DNA from: an uncultured Rhodospirillales bacterium | GTDB taxonomy: Bacteria; Pseudomonadota; Alphaproteobacteria; JAWKYA01 | Direction: 5' to 3' | Assembly: GCA_964397465.1 (NCBI GenBank) | Contig: CAYNIC010000002.1 | Coordinates: 52,162 to 116,161, forward strand | DNA: 64,000 nucleotides | Part shown: one piece after another, positions 63,801 to 64,000 of the stretch | Position numbering within the stretch: position 1 is the first letter of the stretch | How the letters are laid out: each line of letters starts with the position of its first letter | The notes under the pieces: generated by a model | Seen by the model: only the letters and a program-made list of their open reading frames with translations | Told to the model about the DNA's origin: nothing | Databases searched by the model: none | Made by a program: the position numbers and the translations under genes

Positions 63801-64000
63801 TTATTTTCTGTTGTTATCGTTGCGGGCCTGCGTCGGTTTGTTTTGTTGGGCATTGCTGGAAGCTGCCTTTGATCCAATGGCGCCGCGGAATTCGTCAAGG
63901 GCGCCGGTGATCCGCTCGTTGATCACATCCAAAGCTTCGTTCTGTGATTTCGCCATCATCTCGGCCAATTCCTTGGCGGCGGCAAGGGCGTTTTCAAATC
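63801..64000 (-). CDS. Phasin-like protein (tentative). The N-terminus runs off the window edge.
   Basis: The C-terminal 66 aa are ...FENALAAAKELAEMMAKSQNEALDVINERITGALDEFRGAIGSKAASSNAQQNKPTQARNDNNRK*. This is alpha-helical and phasin-like, a weak call. Confidence 0.3.
   Translation of the reverse strand, partial: FENALAAAKELAEMMAKSQNEALDVINERITGALDEFRGAIGSKAASSNAQQNKPTQARNDNNRK

Noticed and set aside
1-64000. CRISPR arrays, tRNA/rRNA genes, transposases or integrases
   Set aside because: I scanned all intergenic gaps. No regularly spaced direct repeats, no cloverleaf-like GC-rich ~75-nt segments, and no DDE or tyrosine-recombinase-like ORFs were seen.

Overview
This is a 64 kb chromosomal segment that looks alphaproteobacterial, GC-rich by eye (my impression, roughly 58-60%). 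The evidence is a 5-aminolevulinate synthase (hemA/ALAS), GTTC-N7-GTTC SOS boxes upstream of recA, and the conserved ybgC-tolQRAB-pal-cpoB-tilS-ftsH arrangement. Almost everything is housekeeping, and I annotate about 65 protein-coding genes. Recognisable genes include nrdJ, recA, alaS, purA, hisZ, serA/serC, thiD, glmM, ftsH, the tol-pal cluster, ruvABC, yebC, zapA, tkt-fba-gap, thiE, a PFK, hemA, prfC, cspA and an SDR. I see no rRNA or tRNA genes, no CRISPR array, and no transposase or integrase. I propose one ncRNA, a 6S RNA in the conserved zapA-ssrS-ygfA position. There are several hairpin terminators, two LexA boxes and one sigma70-like promoter. The unusual items are listed here:
- A DksA carrying a roughly 190 aa lysine/alanine/proline-rich histone-H1-like N-terminal tail and a degenerate Zn finger.
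- A secreted FG-GAP/Pro-rich repeat protein translationally wedged inside a serC-serA-X-hisZ-purA string.
- Three tandem MlaD/MCE paralogues next to an NDUFA12-like gene.
- A tightly coupled DUF1127-phzF-DUF1127-araC/MGMT operon with a divergent MocR regulator and repeated TGACA(A/T)T motifs.
- A Tat-less three-subunit molybdoenzyme that looks like SoeABC (cytoplasm-facing sulfite dehydrogenase), divergent from hemA.
- A MaoC-like dehydratase broken by a +1 frameshift in a C6 homopolymer.
- A lower-GC island of a hypothetical gene bracketed by two oppositely oriented DUF465 genes, with a GGCCGATA triple repeat in a divergent promoter.
All calls come from reading the translated ORFs and the sequence. 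I ran no database searches.
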